Shown: positions 9,586-19,072 of the stretch, piece by piece
Numbering within the stretch: the first letter of the stretch is position 1
How the letters are laid out: each line of letters opens with the position of its first letter
Assembly (NCBI GenBank): GCA_021734945.1
Contig: JAIPIA010000001.1
Coordinates: forward strand, 244,415 to 308,414
Reading direction: 5' to 3'
DNA from: Minisyncoccota bacterium
GTDB taxonomy: Bacteria; Patescibacteriota; Minisyncoccia; Phycocordibacterales; CAIZLB01
Length of the DNA stretch: 64,000 nucleotides
The notes under the pieces: model-generated
What the model was told of the DNA's origin: nothing
Databases searched by the model: none
The model's input: the letters and a program-made list of their open reading frames with translations, nothing else
Position numbers and translations under genes: made by a program

Positions 9586-11151
9586 TTAATTCACAGGCAA
9601 AACAATGTTAAAAGTAGATCCCTTACTCTCTCCTTCTGACTCAGCCCAGATTCGTCCTTTGTGTTTTTCGATTATATCCTTGGCAATAAAAAGTCCGATT
9701 CCCATACCTTCAGTATCTATGTGCCGCGCATTCACTGCTCTGAAGAATTTTGAGAATACATGTGGGACGTCGTCCATCTTGATACCAATACCAGAATCTT
9801 TAAATGAAATATGAATCTCTCCATCTTTTTTTGTAACTGAAACAGTTATTGAGCCACCTTGAGGTGTATATTTGAGAGAATTTTCAAATATAATTTGTAA
9901 TGCAAATTGTAAGCGTGCTTTATCCGCATGAATTACATCTATTGCAGGGTCGATTTCAAAATGAACTACAAGATTCTTTTGTTCCACTTCATCTTTGTGT
10001 GCTTTATCAATATCTTGTATTAAATCCTTAACACTAACTTCACCAAATCTGTACAAAGCAAGGTCGTTTGTATTTTTTGAAGCACCGATTACAGCACTTG
10101 TAAGTTCAAAAAGTCTCATACTGGCAAATTGGATTTGATCGACAGCTTTTATTCTATCTTCTCGATTATCCATGTCTCGAAATTCTTCAGCTAGCCATCG
10201 GATGTGTGTAAGTGGAGTACGAAATTTGTGACTAATGTTGTTAATGAATTCATATTTGAGGAGATCGGCTTGGCGTAATTGATTCCAAATAGTGATTCCA
10301 ACAAAAAGTACCAGTAATGCTGAGATAAGTGGCAAAATCCAGATTGGAAAATCAGTATATAGGACACTGAAATAATTGTTGAGCAAATTTACGGCAATAA
10401 TAGAGCCACCAATAAAAACAAGAAAGAAACTATACAGGAAAGTGCTTTTAATTGCTACATTTATGTTAAGCAAATCATATTTGTAAACACCATAAGCTAA
10501 CGGAAGTGTATATAAACCCATCAGCGGTGTTAATACCATGAGATTAACGCCATACGGCACGTTCAAAATCACCATATATATAGGTAATGACCACAAATAG
10601 CCCCACCCAAACCCTGCAAAGAAGTATTTGAGTCGGTTCTGTTCATTAGCATCTACTCGCTTATAGTGTTTTATGAGTATTGAAAAGAAGTAGATAATTA
10701 CAACAAAAAAGAAAACCATGTACATCCAGTAGTATGGGCCGGGTACAAAAAAGTTTGGAAAGTATCCTTTGGGTGCAGATACTAGTCTAAAGTTGTATGA
10801 ATCTAGGGCGTACGAGACGTACATCAAGATGAGAGCGCTATACATTACCACAAGACCTTTTGTGTGTTCTTTCACAATATTGAAAGTTGAGAAAGCCAAG
10901 TGTGCGTTGAAACATGGTGTTGTAGCTGCAACCATCATTAAAAATGCAAAAATAGATGAAGAGTGTGAGTCTTGAATATTTACAGCTAGTAAATAGACAA
11001 TGCAATATGCGAAATATGAAAGCCCGGTAAGGAAAATAAGTTGGTAACTACGCTTATGAACTCCCTTCATTAAAATAAAGAAGGCTAAAATCACACTAAT
11101 CAATCCTGAACATATATATCCAAAGTTATGAATTAAAAGTTCTATTGGCAT
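9586..11151 (-). CDS. Sensor histidine kinase with a multi-pass membrane N-terminal domain (paralog 1).
   Basis: Six or seven N-terminal TM helices, then an H-box (NISHKFRTPLTHIRWLAEE) and an HATPase_c domain (GIGIKMDDVPHVFSKFFR...TEGMGIGLFIAKDIIEKHKGRIW). Confidence 0.85.
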   Translation of the reverse strand: MPIELLIHNFGYICSGLISVILAFFILMKGVHKRSYQLIFLTGLSYFAYCIVYLLAVNIQDSHSSSIFAFLMMVAATTPCFNAHLAFSTFNIVKEHTKGLVVMYSALILMYVSYALDSYNFRLVSAPKGYFPNFFVPGPYYWMYMVFFFVVIIYFFSILIKHYKRVDANEQNRLKYFFAGFGWGYLWSLPIYMVILNVPYGVNLMVLTPLMGLYTLPLAYGVYKYDLLNINVAIKSTFLYSFFLVFIGGSIIAVNLLNNYFSVLYTDFPIWILPLISALLVLFVGITIWNQLRQADLLKYEFINNISHKFRTPLTHIRWLAEEFRDMDNREDRIKAVDQIQFASMRLFELTSAVIGASKNTNDLALYRFGEVSVKDLIQDIDKAHKDEVEQKNLVVHFEIDPAIDVIHADKARLQFALQIIFENSLKYTPQGGSITVSVTKKDGEIHISFKDSGIGIKMDDVPHVFSKFFRAVNARHIDTEGMGIGLFIAKDIIEKHKGRIWAESEGESKGSTFNIVLPVN

Positions 11152-11197
11152 TATAGTTGTAGTACTACTTTTATGTAGTTACATTATAAACTAGAAA

Positions 11198-12757
11198 CTA
11201 TACAATCGGCAATGCAACACTAAATACAGAGCCTTTATTTTCACCATAAGATTCTACCCAAATTCGCCCATTATGCTTTTCAATAATATTTTTTGCCATA
11301 AATAACCCAATTCCCATACCCTCAGTATCTGCATGTCTAGCATTTTGACTACGATAAAATTTTGAAAATACATGTGGTAAATCAGCAGCGTTTATACCAA
11401 TACCGCTATCTTTAATACTAACAATTACTTCCCCACCAATTTGTCTTACTTTTACTTCGATAGTACCGCCTTCTGGAGTATATATAAGAGCATTTTCATA
11501 CATAATTTGTAGAGCAAATTGTAGTCTTGTTTTGTCAGCTTTGACCTTAGGTACGTTTGGTCCTATATCTATGTGAACTTTTAATAATTTATGGCTAATT
11601 TGATCATTGTGAGAATCACTTATTTCTTTAAAGATATTTGAGATACCTACACTTGTGAAGTGATATAGATACAAATCATTATTGCTCTGTGAAGCATCAA
11701 TAACAATATTTGTAAGCTCAAAAAGTCTCATACTTGCAAATTGTATCTGTTCAACAGCCTTGCTTCGCTCTTCTTCTGTTCGTATATCACGTAGATCTTC
11801 TGCCAACCATCTTATATGCGTAAGTGGAGTACGAAATTTGTGACTAATGTTGTTAATGAATTCATATTTGAGGAGATCGGCCTCACGGATTTGCCTCCAA
11901 ACAAATAAACTTACAAGCATCACTGTTATTCCAGATACAAGTGGAAGAATCCAGATTGGAAAATCGTCGTATGTAGCCGTTAGATAATTATTAAAAATAT
12001 TAACAAAGACTATAGCTACTCCAATAAATAATGAATAGAAGGCATAAATTAGTGCATTTTTAGCTGCAATATGAATATCTATGATGTCATATTTAAAAAC
12101 TCCATATGCAAGCGGTATTGAATAAAGGCCAATGAGAGAGATATACAGAGGGTCGATTTCTATTACCCCAAAAATAGTTGAAAAAAGAATACCAGCCATC
12201 AGGTAAGCCCAACCAAACGCAAGAAAAAAATACTTTAGACGATTTTTCTCTGCTGGCTCAGCTTTTTTGTAAAGTCCAACTATCCCACTGAAAAAATAAA
12301 TAACCACTAAGAAGAAATAAGTTGTAAACAACCAGTAATATCGTCCAGGTGTATAGTAATTTTCTAAGTAGTGGTAAGAGGTTGAAAGTTCCAAAAAACG
12401 AGAAATATCTGTAGTAAAGAAAATAATTAGAGCTATACCTGAAGTATACATAACTCGAAGCCCAAGTTTATGCTCTTTTACTTTGTTAAACATTGCAAAT
12501 GCCAAGTGTGCATTAAAACAAACTGTAAGGATGGTTATAAGTGTAAATCCTAAATAAAACCTTGATTCGTAAGGATCAGGAGTATTAACACCTAATAAAT
12601 ATAGAAAAACATAAGCTACAAAGGTAAGACTTGTGATTCCAAAAAGAATATTTGGGAGTTTTGTCTTTCCTCTTACAAAAACAATAATTGCCAGTATAAG
12701 ACCCAAAAGTGCTCCTGCTATAAAGGCTAGATTATGTACGAATAGTTCAATTTCCAT
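11198..12757 (-). CDS. Sensor histidine kinase, tandem paralog 2 with the same architecture.
   Basis: Same domain order as 9586..11151. It shares a perfectly identical 61-nt block (gtaagtggagtacgaaatttgtgactaatgttgttaatgaattcatatttgaggagatcgg) at 11829..11889 versus 10210..10270. Confidence 0.85.
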   Translation of the reverse strand: MEIELFVHNLAFIAGALLGLILAIIVFVRGKTKLPNILFGITSLTFVAYVFLYLLGVNTPDPYESRFYLGFTLITILTVCFNAHLAFAMFNKVKEHKLGLRVMYTSGIALIIFFTTDISRFLELSTSYHYLENYYTPGRYYWLFTTYFFLVVIYFFSGIVGLYKKAEPAEKNRLKYFFLAFGWAYLMAGILFSTIFGVIEIDPLYISLIGLYSIPLAYGVFKYDIIDIHIAAKNALIYAFYSLFIGVAIVFVNIFNNYLTATYDDFPIWILPLVSGITVMLVSLFVWRQIREADLLKYEFINNISHKFRTPLTHIRWLAEDLRDIRTEEERSKAVEQIQFASMRLFELTNIVIDASQSNNDLYLYHFTSVGISNIFKEISDSHNDQISHKLLKVHIDIGPNVPKVKADKTRLQFALQIMYENALIYTPEGGTIEVKVRQIGGEVIVSIKDSGIGINAADLPHVFSKFYRSQNARHADTEGMGIGLFMAKNIIEKHNGRIWVESYGENKGSVFSVALPIV

Positions 12758-12780
12758 GGGTTATTAGTATACTATGATTT

Positions 12781-14199
12781 TTAGAATATATCCTGTGGAT
12801 AGGAACCCTTTTTATAAATTATAGGCTTATTTTTCTTACTAATTTTTGATATTCGTTTTACTTTTTCAATAAAGGCCCAACCAGACTTTATCTGCCTAAA
12901 ATCAATAAATCTATTTGGATTATAGTTGAATGCATCCATGAAAATTTGTTCATACGCATCCCTCTCTCCATATCCATTTACAAGAATTTCAATTGGTTCA
13001 GCCAACAAATTGGTTTTTACAGATTTTGACGCCTTACCAGATTTCTTGGGTGAACAAACAGGATGCAGCTTAATAGACGCCCCAGCTTCTTTGAGAGCCT
13101 TTCCTCCTACAAGCTCAATTGAAACGTCAGACCATCTTTTTGAAATAATGCTTGTACTTTTTTTAAGATTAGCAAAAATTCTAAAGAAAGTTTCTGTAGT
13201 TGAATCCTCCTTAACCCCTTGAGTTTTAGTAAAGGAGTCATATTGTCCAAGAATTGGTTTGTACTTTTGTTGCTTTGGAATCTCAAGAAGTGACAGAGCC
13301 TCACCTCTAAGTTGAGCCAGAGTAAACTGCTTATTTGTAGTAGTACAGTAAGACATCTCAGGAATAGCTAGTGTCGTAGCAAGCATATGCAAAATATGAT
13401 TTTGCCCGATGTCAGATAAAGCACCCACCGAATCGTAAAATATTCCCCTATTTGAAACATCAATAGATTCATTAAGCTGTACTTCGATTTTGCTGATAGT
13501 TTGATTACAGAGAATGTGTTTAAAAATACCTTGGCTTGCAACTGCCTCTATCTCTACTAACGCTTGTTTACCTGCATAGTGGTCAACTCTCAATATCTGG
13601 CTTTCGTGAAGTTTATGTGTCAAAAAGGCATCCAGTTTTTCTGAAGACGCAGTATTTGATCCGTATGGTTTTTCGAGCGCAAGTTTTCTATTTGAGATTT
13701 TGACAGACTTAATCAAATCCGGGGCCTTTTTAATAACACCACTTGATAGTAACAAATGTGCTACTTGATATTGATACATTGGAGGCAAGGACACATATAT
13801 AACGGTGTTTGACGCCTCCAATAAGGAAGCCAATTTTTTGTAGCCAGATATATCGTCTAATTCAGATTCAACATATGACCACTGGGCTGAGAAATTGCGG
13901 ATCTGGTTTTTGTGGGCAGTGTATGATTCATCATCTGAAGTACTATTTTTTTTCGCGCTCTTGTGTTTTTTACTTACACTTTCAATTTTTGAAAAATAAG
14001 AAACTAATACGTCTTCAATAAAAGCCTGAAATTCAATTTTTGAAAAGTTTCTTCGCCCAAAGCCAATAAATGAGCTTTTCTTGTCTATTTTCCGTGTGCT
14101 ATACAGGTTATATAGTGCAGGTATAAGTTTCAGCTTAGCCAGGTCACCTGTAACACCAAATAATACTAGTTCATTCATAATTGTTTCAGTATACACCAC
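12781..14199 (-). CDS. zwf: Glucose-6-phosphate 1-dehydrogenase-like (divergent Zwf).
   Basis: N-terminal LVLFGVTGDLAKLKLIPALYNLY (the G6PD NADP-binding motif), ALEKPYG, and RVDHYAGKQ (the RIDHYLGKE active-site motif). Confidence 0.75.
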   Translation of the reverse strand: MVYTETIMNELVLFGVTGDLAKLKLIPALYNLYSTRKIDKKSSFIGFGRRNFSKIEFQAFIEDVLVSYFSKIESVSKKHKSAKKNSTSDDESYTAHKNQIRNFSAQWSYVESELDDISGYKKLASLLEASNTVIYVSLPPMYQYQVAHLLLSSGVIKKAPDLIKSVKISNRKLALEKPYGSNTASSEKLDAFLTHKLHESQILRVDHYAGKQALVEIEAVASQGIFKHILCNQTISKIEVQLNESIDVSNRGIFYDSVGALSDIGQNHILHMLATTLAIPEMSYCTTTNKQFTLAQLRGEALSLLEIPKQQKYKPILGQYDSFTKTQGVKEDSTTETFFRIFANLKKSTSIISKRWSDVSIELVGGKALKEAGASIKLHPVCSPKKSGKASKSVKTNLLAEPIEILVNGYGERDAYEQIFMDAFNYNPNRFIDFRQIKSGWAFIEKVKRISKISKKNKPIIYKKGSYPQDIF

Positions 14200-14277
14200 T
14201 CAAAATTGAATATCCCCAGTTCTTAAAACATCATTTTAAGATGACTAGTATCAATATATTGCCTCAGTGATAAAGAA

Positions 14278-15624
14278 CTAGTTAGAAGTAGTTGTACTGT
14301 CAGTTGAAGAAGCTGTAGCATCAAGAGTTGATGAGGCAGCCGTTATTTCTGTAGAAGTAGCAGTAACTTGTGGATCAGCGTGCAAGAAATTTGGCTGAGA
14401 AAGTGCATCGTTAATGAGCTTAGTAAGAGCTGGGTCAGATGAATATTCTGCAGTTATAAGAGTTTCTGCGTCAATGAGGTATTGGCTTGCTTTTTGTATA
14501 TCCATCAAAGCATCAGAGTATGAACTTGAAGCAACTTTTTGAGAAGCAGACGAAACAAGTGCATCAGATTCCGCAATGTATGAAAGTGATGTAGATGCTC
14601 GAGCAGAAGATGAAATAGGAGTAGTACTTGCTATTCGTTTAATTTCAATAGACTTAAGTTTAATTTCCATAAGTCGAGCTAGTATTTTATCTTTATTTTG
14701 AGAATCGTCTTTTACTTCTGTTTCTTGCAATAGTGCACGTGCAGCTGTTGTCGTAGCAATTTGGCTTTTAATAGTAGCAATAAGTGCTGCTATGTGAGTA
14801 GTATCTGAAGCAACCGCTATCTTAGACACAGCAACAGTACTTGTAGAAAATTCATCTGTAGTTGAAGCCGTAGTCGAAGCTTGCTTACTCATTGCTAAAG
14901 CGACGCCAATACTCGTTGAAGCAGTATCATTAGTCTGACCTGAAATTTTTTCTAAAATAAGCTCATGAGCTCGGAGTGAAGATTCAAAATTGAGACTAAT
15001 CTCCTGTGCTGCTCTAATATCTTTTGTAGAGACTAGTGAAGCTACCTGGTTTTTGATCTGGCCAGCCTGTTTGAGAAGTTGATTTTGGATAATAGAACTT
15101 GTTTCAGCATTCAAAAGTCCCTTTGATGAAAGAAGAGCTACCTCCTTGAGACGTCTATCAGTAATTTCAAGAGCGAATTTTGCTTTCGCTTCTGGAGTTA
15201 TTGCAGTAAAGCTTCGAACCTGTTCATTGAGTCCGATTTTTACTGGATATAGAAGTTCACCTGGCAAAGCTTTTTCTGCCGCGAGAGACGTACCACCTGT
15301 CGCCAAAAGAAGTAGTGCAAAAGAAAGGGCGGGCACAAACTTTTTCTCCATAAAATATGAATACCATGCACTCTTGAGAGATGTAGTTACTGAAAGGTCG
15401 TGCTTGCCAACCTCAACGATACGTCCCAGATTTGTTGAAAACTCATGTGCAGCCTCAATCTTTTCAATAGTTGACCAAGAACGCATAAGAACCTCAGATT
15501 TTTCATCTGCTGTCATTTTTACATTCTGTAAATCCTCTATTAAGTTGTTAAGTTTGTGGTGCTTCATTTGGTTTGTTTGAAAACTATTGCTTCTCGAAGA
15601 GGTCTTGAAGTTCTTTGAGAGCAC
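14278..15624 (-). CDS. Probable membrane-spanning anti-sigma factor with a Ser/Thr-rich C-terminus, partner of the upstream ECF sigma factor.
   Basis: Lies immediately downstream of the ECF sigma factor and overlaps it by 41 nt if the first ATG is used. There is a single TM helix (ALSFALLLLATGGTSLAA) and a large extracytoplasmic domain. Confidence 0.5.
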   Translation of the reverse strand: MLSKNFKTSSRSNSFQTNQMKHHKLNNLIEDLQNVKMTADEKSEVLMRSWSTIEKIEAAHEFSTNLGRIVEVGKHDLSVTTSLKSAWYSYFMEKKFVPALSFALLLLATGGTSLAAEKALPGELLYPVKIGLNEQVRSFTAITPEAKAKFALEITDRRLKEVALLSSKGLLNAETSSIIQNQLLKQAGQIKNQVASLVSTKDIRAAQEISLNFESSLRAHELILEKISGQTNDTASTSIGVALAMSKQASTTASTTDEFSTSTVAVSKIAVASDTTHIAALIATIKSQIATTTAARALLQETEVKDDSQNKDKILARLMEIKLKSIEIKRIASTTPISSSARASTSLSYIAESDALVSSASQKVASSSYSDALMDIQKASQYLIDAETLITAEYSSDPALTKLINDALSQPNFLHADPQVTATSTEITAASSTLDATASSTDSTTTSN

Positions 15625-16102
15625 GATGGATTTTTACGGACACTGTGTTCTCTCTTTCTTCAAGGACTTCGGATATCTCTTTTACCGATAATCCTTCGAC
15701 ATACCGGAGAAGGATAACCTCCCGTTCTTTTGGATTGAGCTTGTTTACGAGCTCAAGAGACCTCTTGCTGTCCAGACTTCGAATCATAGTGTGATGGTTC
15801 TCAGTGTCGGCGGGGTCAAATCCATCATCTTGAAGAATATCAAGTGATATCTCCTTCTTTTTGCGATAATTGTCAATAATAGCGTTATTTGCTATTCGAT
15901 ATAAAAATGCTTTTACGTTCTCAACCTGACCATCAGCTGCGATATATTCCCAAAATCTAACAAATGTATCTTGGACTATATCTTTGGCTTTTTCACGATC
16001 AGATAGCTTGAAAAACGAGAACCTAAACAAAGCATCAGAATGAAGCTCATATGCCTCGTGGAAGTCTTTTTTTAGTATTTCTATATGTTTCTTGTTCTGC
16101 AT
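15584..16102 (-). CDS. ECF-family RNA polymerase sigma factor (sigma-24 type).
   Basis: Region 2 (DIVQDTFVRFWEY...FLYRIANNAIIDNYRKKK) and region 4 (EREVILLRYVEGLSVKEISEVLEERENTVSVKIHRALKEL). Confidence 0.85.
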   Translation of the reverse strand: MQNKKHIEILKKDFHEAYELHSDALFRFSFFKLSDREKAKDIVQDTFVRFWEYIAADGQVENVKAFLYRIANNAIIDNYRKKKEISLDILQDDGFDPADTENHHTMIRSLDSKRSLELVNKLNPKEREVILLRYVEGLSVKEISEVLEERENTVSVKIHRALKELQDLFEKQ

Positions 16103-16157
16103 AACTAATGACGCGAAAAGCTCGCATTTATTACATCATTGGATATAATATTAACAT

Positions 16158-17126
16158 ATGAAGAAGCAAAGGGTAACTAAAACACCTAATTTACGTACAT
16201 CTTCACGCAAAGATGTAAAGGTGAGTAGATCACTCAAGCTCCTTTCTATTTTCATGCTTTTGGTAGTGTCTTTACTTATGACGGGAACAACAGCTTTTCT
16301 TTACAAGTTTGGTTTAGACCCTGTCGAATTCTATTCAAATATGGCCAATCCGTATATGAAATTGGTCAATGTTCCTGCAGGATTGCGACGAGAAGAAATA
16401 GCCTTAAAGTTCGCAAACATACTTTCTTGGGATCAATCGGATATAGACAGTTTTTTAAATACAGCACCCCGAGATGAAAGAGGTACTCTTGATGGTTATT
16501 ATCTTCCCGGCCCATATTGGGTAAAGATAACGGCAACAGGATCAGACGTAGCACACCAAATGCTTCGTAATTTTAATTCCAAAGTGTCAGATCAAATTTT
16601 GGCTGATTCTTTGAAAAAAAGTTCAGAGAATTCAAAATCCAGCGTTGTTTATAAAAAGATTAATCTCGATACAGCCGTACGAATAGCTTCTATTATTCAA
16701 AGAGAAGCAGCAGGAGGTGCAGACATGAATATAGTTTCTGGAGTTATATGGAATAGAATATTTAAAGGTATGTCGCTGGACATGGATGCAACATTGCAAT
16801 ATGTAAAAGCAAGTGAGCAAGAAAAGAATTTGGTAGCAGCGATTGCAAATGGAACTAGCTCTTCAACTTCAGACTCAATAATATGGTGGCCAAAAGTTGA
16901 AAGTAAAGACAAGTATATTGATTCCCCTTTTAACACATATCAAAATGAAGGTCTACCACCTACTGCGATTTCAAACCCAAGCCTCGCAGCCATAAAAGCT
17001 GCATTTAATCCAACAAAAACAGACTGCATATTTTATATACACGACAACAACAGAAATATACATTGCGCTACTACATATGCGGTACATAAACAGAACGTAC
17101 AGAAGTATTTGGTTGGAAAGAGGTAG
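16158..17126 (+). CDS. mltG: MltG/YceG-family endolytic murein transglycosylase (second copy in the window).
   Basis: N-terminal TM anchor, then LDTAVRIASIIQREA and the C-terminal SPFNTYQNEGLPPTAISNPSLAAIKAAFNP...CIFYIHD motif characteristic of YceG. Confidence 0.75.
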   Translation: MKKQRVTKTPNLRTSSRKDVKVSRSLKLLSIFMLLVVSLLMTGTTAFLYKFGLDPVEFYSNMANPYMKLVNVPAGLRREEIALKFANILSWDQSDIDSFLNTAPRDERGTLDGYYLPGPYWVKITATGSDVAHQMLRNFNSKVSDQILADSLKKSSENSKSSVVYKKINLDTAVRIASIIQREAAGGADMNIVSGVIWNRIFKGMSLDMDATLQYVKASEQEKNLVAAIANGTSSSTSDSIIWWPKVESKDKYIDSPFNTYQNEGLPPTAISNPSLAAIKAAFNPTKTDCIFYIHDNNRNIHCATTYAVHKQNVQKYLVGKR

Positions 17127-17152
17127 AGATTAGACAAAAAAATAAAAACTTA

Positions 17153-17183
17153 CCCCGCATATTACTGCGGGGGTTTAAAGTTT
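17153..17183 (+). terminator. Rho-independent terminator after mltG.
   Basis: CCCCGCA-tattac-TGCGGGG hairpin followed by a T-rich run. Confidence 0.55.
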
Positions 17184-17223
17184 GTAGATTATTTTGTTTA
17201 CTCAGAATTGCAGTTTTTGTAGT

Positions 17224-17784
17224 TTAAGGCTCTTTAAAAAACCACCTACTCCCTGCGTACCAAGTAAACGCCGCATTTTCTCGATGCCTGATTGCTTCGT
17301 TTTCTTCCTCGTGAATAATTGGATAGCCTCCAATCCCCCAACCTCTCCACTTTAAAGAATACTTTACATGGACAATATGACACTGAGGTTGTTCTTGATT
17401 GTCATTCACAAAGAAAAAGTTTTTTCGCCCATTCATGTCTAGTACATCAATTTCCATCTTTACTTGCTGAACAACCAGATTGTAGACATCGACTAACTGA
17501 ACAGGTTTAAGTCTTTCTTGTTGTGCTGACAGCAAAATTTGGCGTCCTAAGGCATTCTGACTCAACCTAAAAGGCAAAATCATATACTGAGCCTGTCTCG
17601 CTGGTTCACCTTTGTCACGTTCTCCTGTCATGAAGTTTTTTCGGAAGTAGTCGCCTACCCAAATCATATTTATTTCATGCCGTGGGTCGTTAATCTCAAA
17701 GTGATCAGAGGCCCAAAAGTCTATCTCAGTGCGTCTAGCTAAAAACGGCTGACCTTCTTGAATTATTAAATCAATACTCATCAC
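17224..17784 (-). CDS. Hypothetical protein (186 aa).
   Basis: ORF with coding-like composition; no recognised motif. Confidence 0.45.
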   Translation of the reverse strand: MMSIDLIIQEGQPFLARRTEIDFWASDHFEINDPRHEINMIWVGDYFRKNFMTGERDKGEPARQAQYMILPFRLSQNALGRQILLSAQQERLKPVQLVDVYNLVVQQVKMEIDVLDMNGRKNFFFVNDNQEQPQCHIVHVKYSLKWRGWGIGGYPIIHEEENEAIRHRENAAFTWYAGSRWFFKEP

Positions 17785-17969
17785 TCAAAGACCTTTCATT
17801 ACCCATTAAAGGGTTGTTAATTGTTTAGGATACTGACCTATGTCGCATCCCTTACTCCTCTTTCTAAACCACAAAATACTACGTTCCTGGCTGAGAGTCA
17901 AAGACGTAGTATTTTTTTAATTAAATTTTTGAGGAATCGTTTCCTCTAATTCTGTGAATCTTTTTCCTC

Positions 17970-19001
17970 CTACTCCCCGCCCTGAGCTTTCTTTGCGTCT
18001 GCTGCATCTGATTCACTTGTGTTGTGAGCCTTTGTATCCACTTCGTATGAAGTGTTTTGTGCTTCAAAGAAGTTTACAAGCTCATACACATCAGTTGCTG
18101 TAGCCATCCATTTTGCTGGGTTAGCCGCATTGTAGTGCTTTTCGAGACCAAGTTCTTCGAGTCGTCGGTCAGCAACGTACTGCACATACTGATTTACATA
18201 GTCTGCATTAAGACCAAGAATTCCATTTGGAAAAAGGTCTTTGTTGTACGCAAGCTCTACATCAACACCATCAATGATAATTTGTTTAATCTCGTCAGCA
18301 AATTCTGGAGTCATAAGTTCCTCATTTTCCTCAAGAATGGTGTGGATGAGGTTGATACCGAACTTGAGGTGCAAACTTTCATCTCGAAGCACCCAGTTAA
18401 TCATAGAGGCAAAGTTTCGAAGTTGGTTTCGTTGTCGGAATGACATCACCACCATAAAGCCTGAGTAGAACCATGTCCCTTCCATTACAATGTTTGTAGC
18501 AACAAGGTTTCGTACAAAATCTTTTTTACCTTCAATAGTTTCAATATCGAGCTTCACATCTGTCATTCGTGTGAGGTATTTTTCAATATATGCCTCTTTT
18601 GCAACCATAGATGGAGTATTGAGATGATTGCCATATACTTTTTCTTTGTCGAATGGGAATGTTTCAAGTACATACTCGAATGATACGCAGTGGTTTGCTT
18701 CTTCAAACATCCATCGAGCCAAGAATAAATGAGCCTCAGGAGATTTTAGATATGGGTATAGACCTAGAGCCACAGAACGGTTTACCATAAGCTCTGCAGG
18801 GTTAAAGAATGACATAACAAACTCTACAGCATGTCGTTCGTCCTGTGTCATTTTAGCGAAATCTTGCAGGTCTTCTTTGAGAGCGATTTCATGTGGAAAC
18901 CAACTGTTTCGTACAGCTTGGTTATAGAGTTCATACGCCCATTTATATTTAATAGGATGAAGTGTTGTGTCTGTTGGTGAGGGTCGTCCGATGATTGCCA
19001 T
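17970..19001 (-). CDS. nrdB: Ribonucleotide reductase class I beta subunit (R2).
   Basis: Di-iron ligand motifs (EANHCVSFEY, RDESLHLKF) and the conserved R2 fold signatures. Confidence 0.9.
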   Translation of the reverse strand: MAIIGRPSPTDTTLHPIKYKWAYELYNQAVRNSWFPHEIALKEDLQDFAKMTQDERHAVEFVMSFFNPAELMVNRSVALGLYPYLKSPEAHLFLARWMFEEANHCVSFEYVLETFPFDKEKVYGNHLNTPSMVAKEAYIEKYLTRMTDVKLDIETIEGKKDFVRNLVATNIVMEGTWFYSGFMVVMSFRQRNQLRNFASMINWVLRDESLHLKFGINLIHTILEENEELMTPEFADEIKQIIIDGVDVELAYNKDLFPNGILGLNADYVNQYVQYVADRRLEELGLEKHYNAANPAKWMATATDVYELVNFFEAQNTSYEVDTKAHNTSESDAADAKKAQGGE

Positions 19002-19072
19002 TTGATTTTGGTTATTGTTTATAATTTTTTAAATAATTTTAAGTAAAAATTTATTTACTTCAAGCTACGCTT

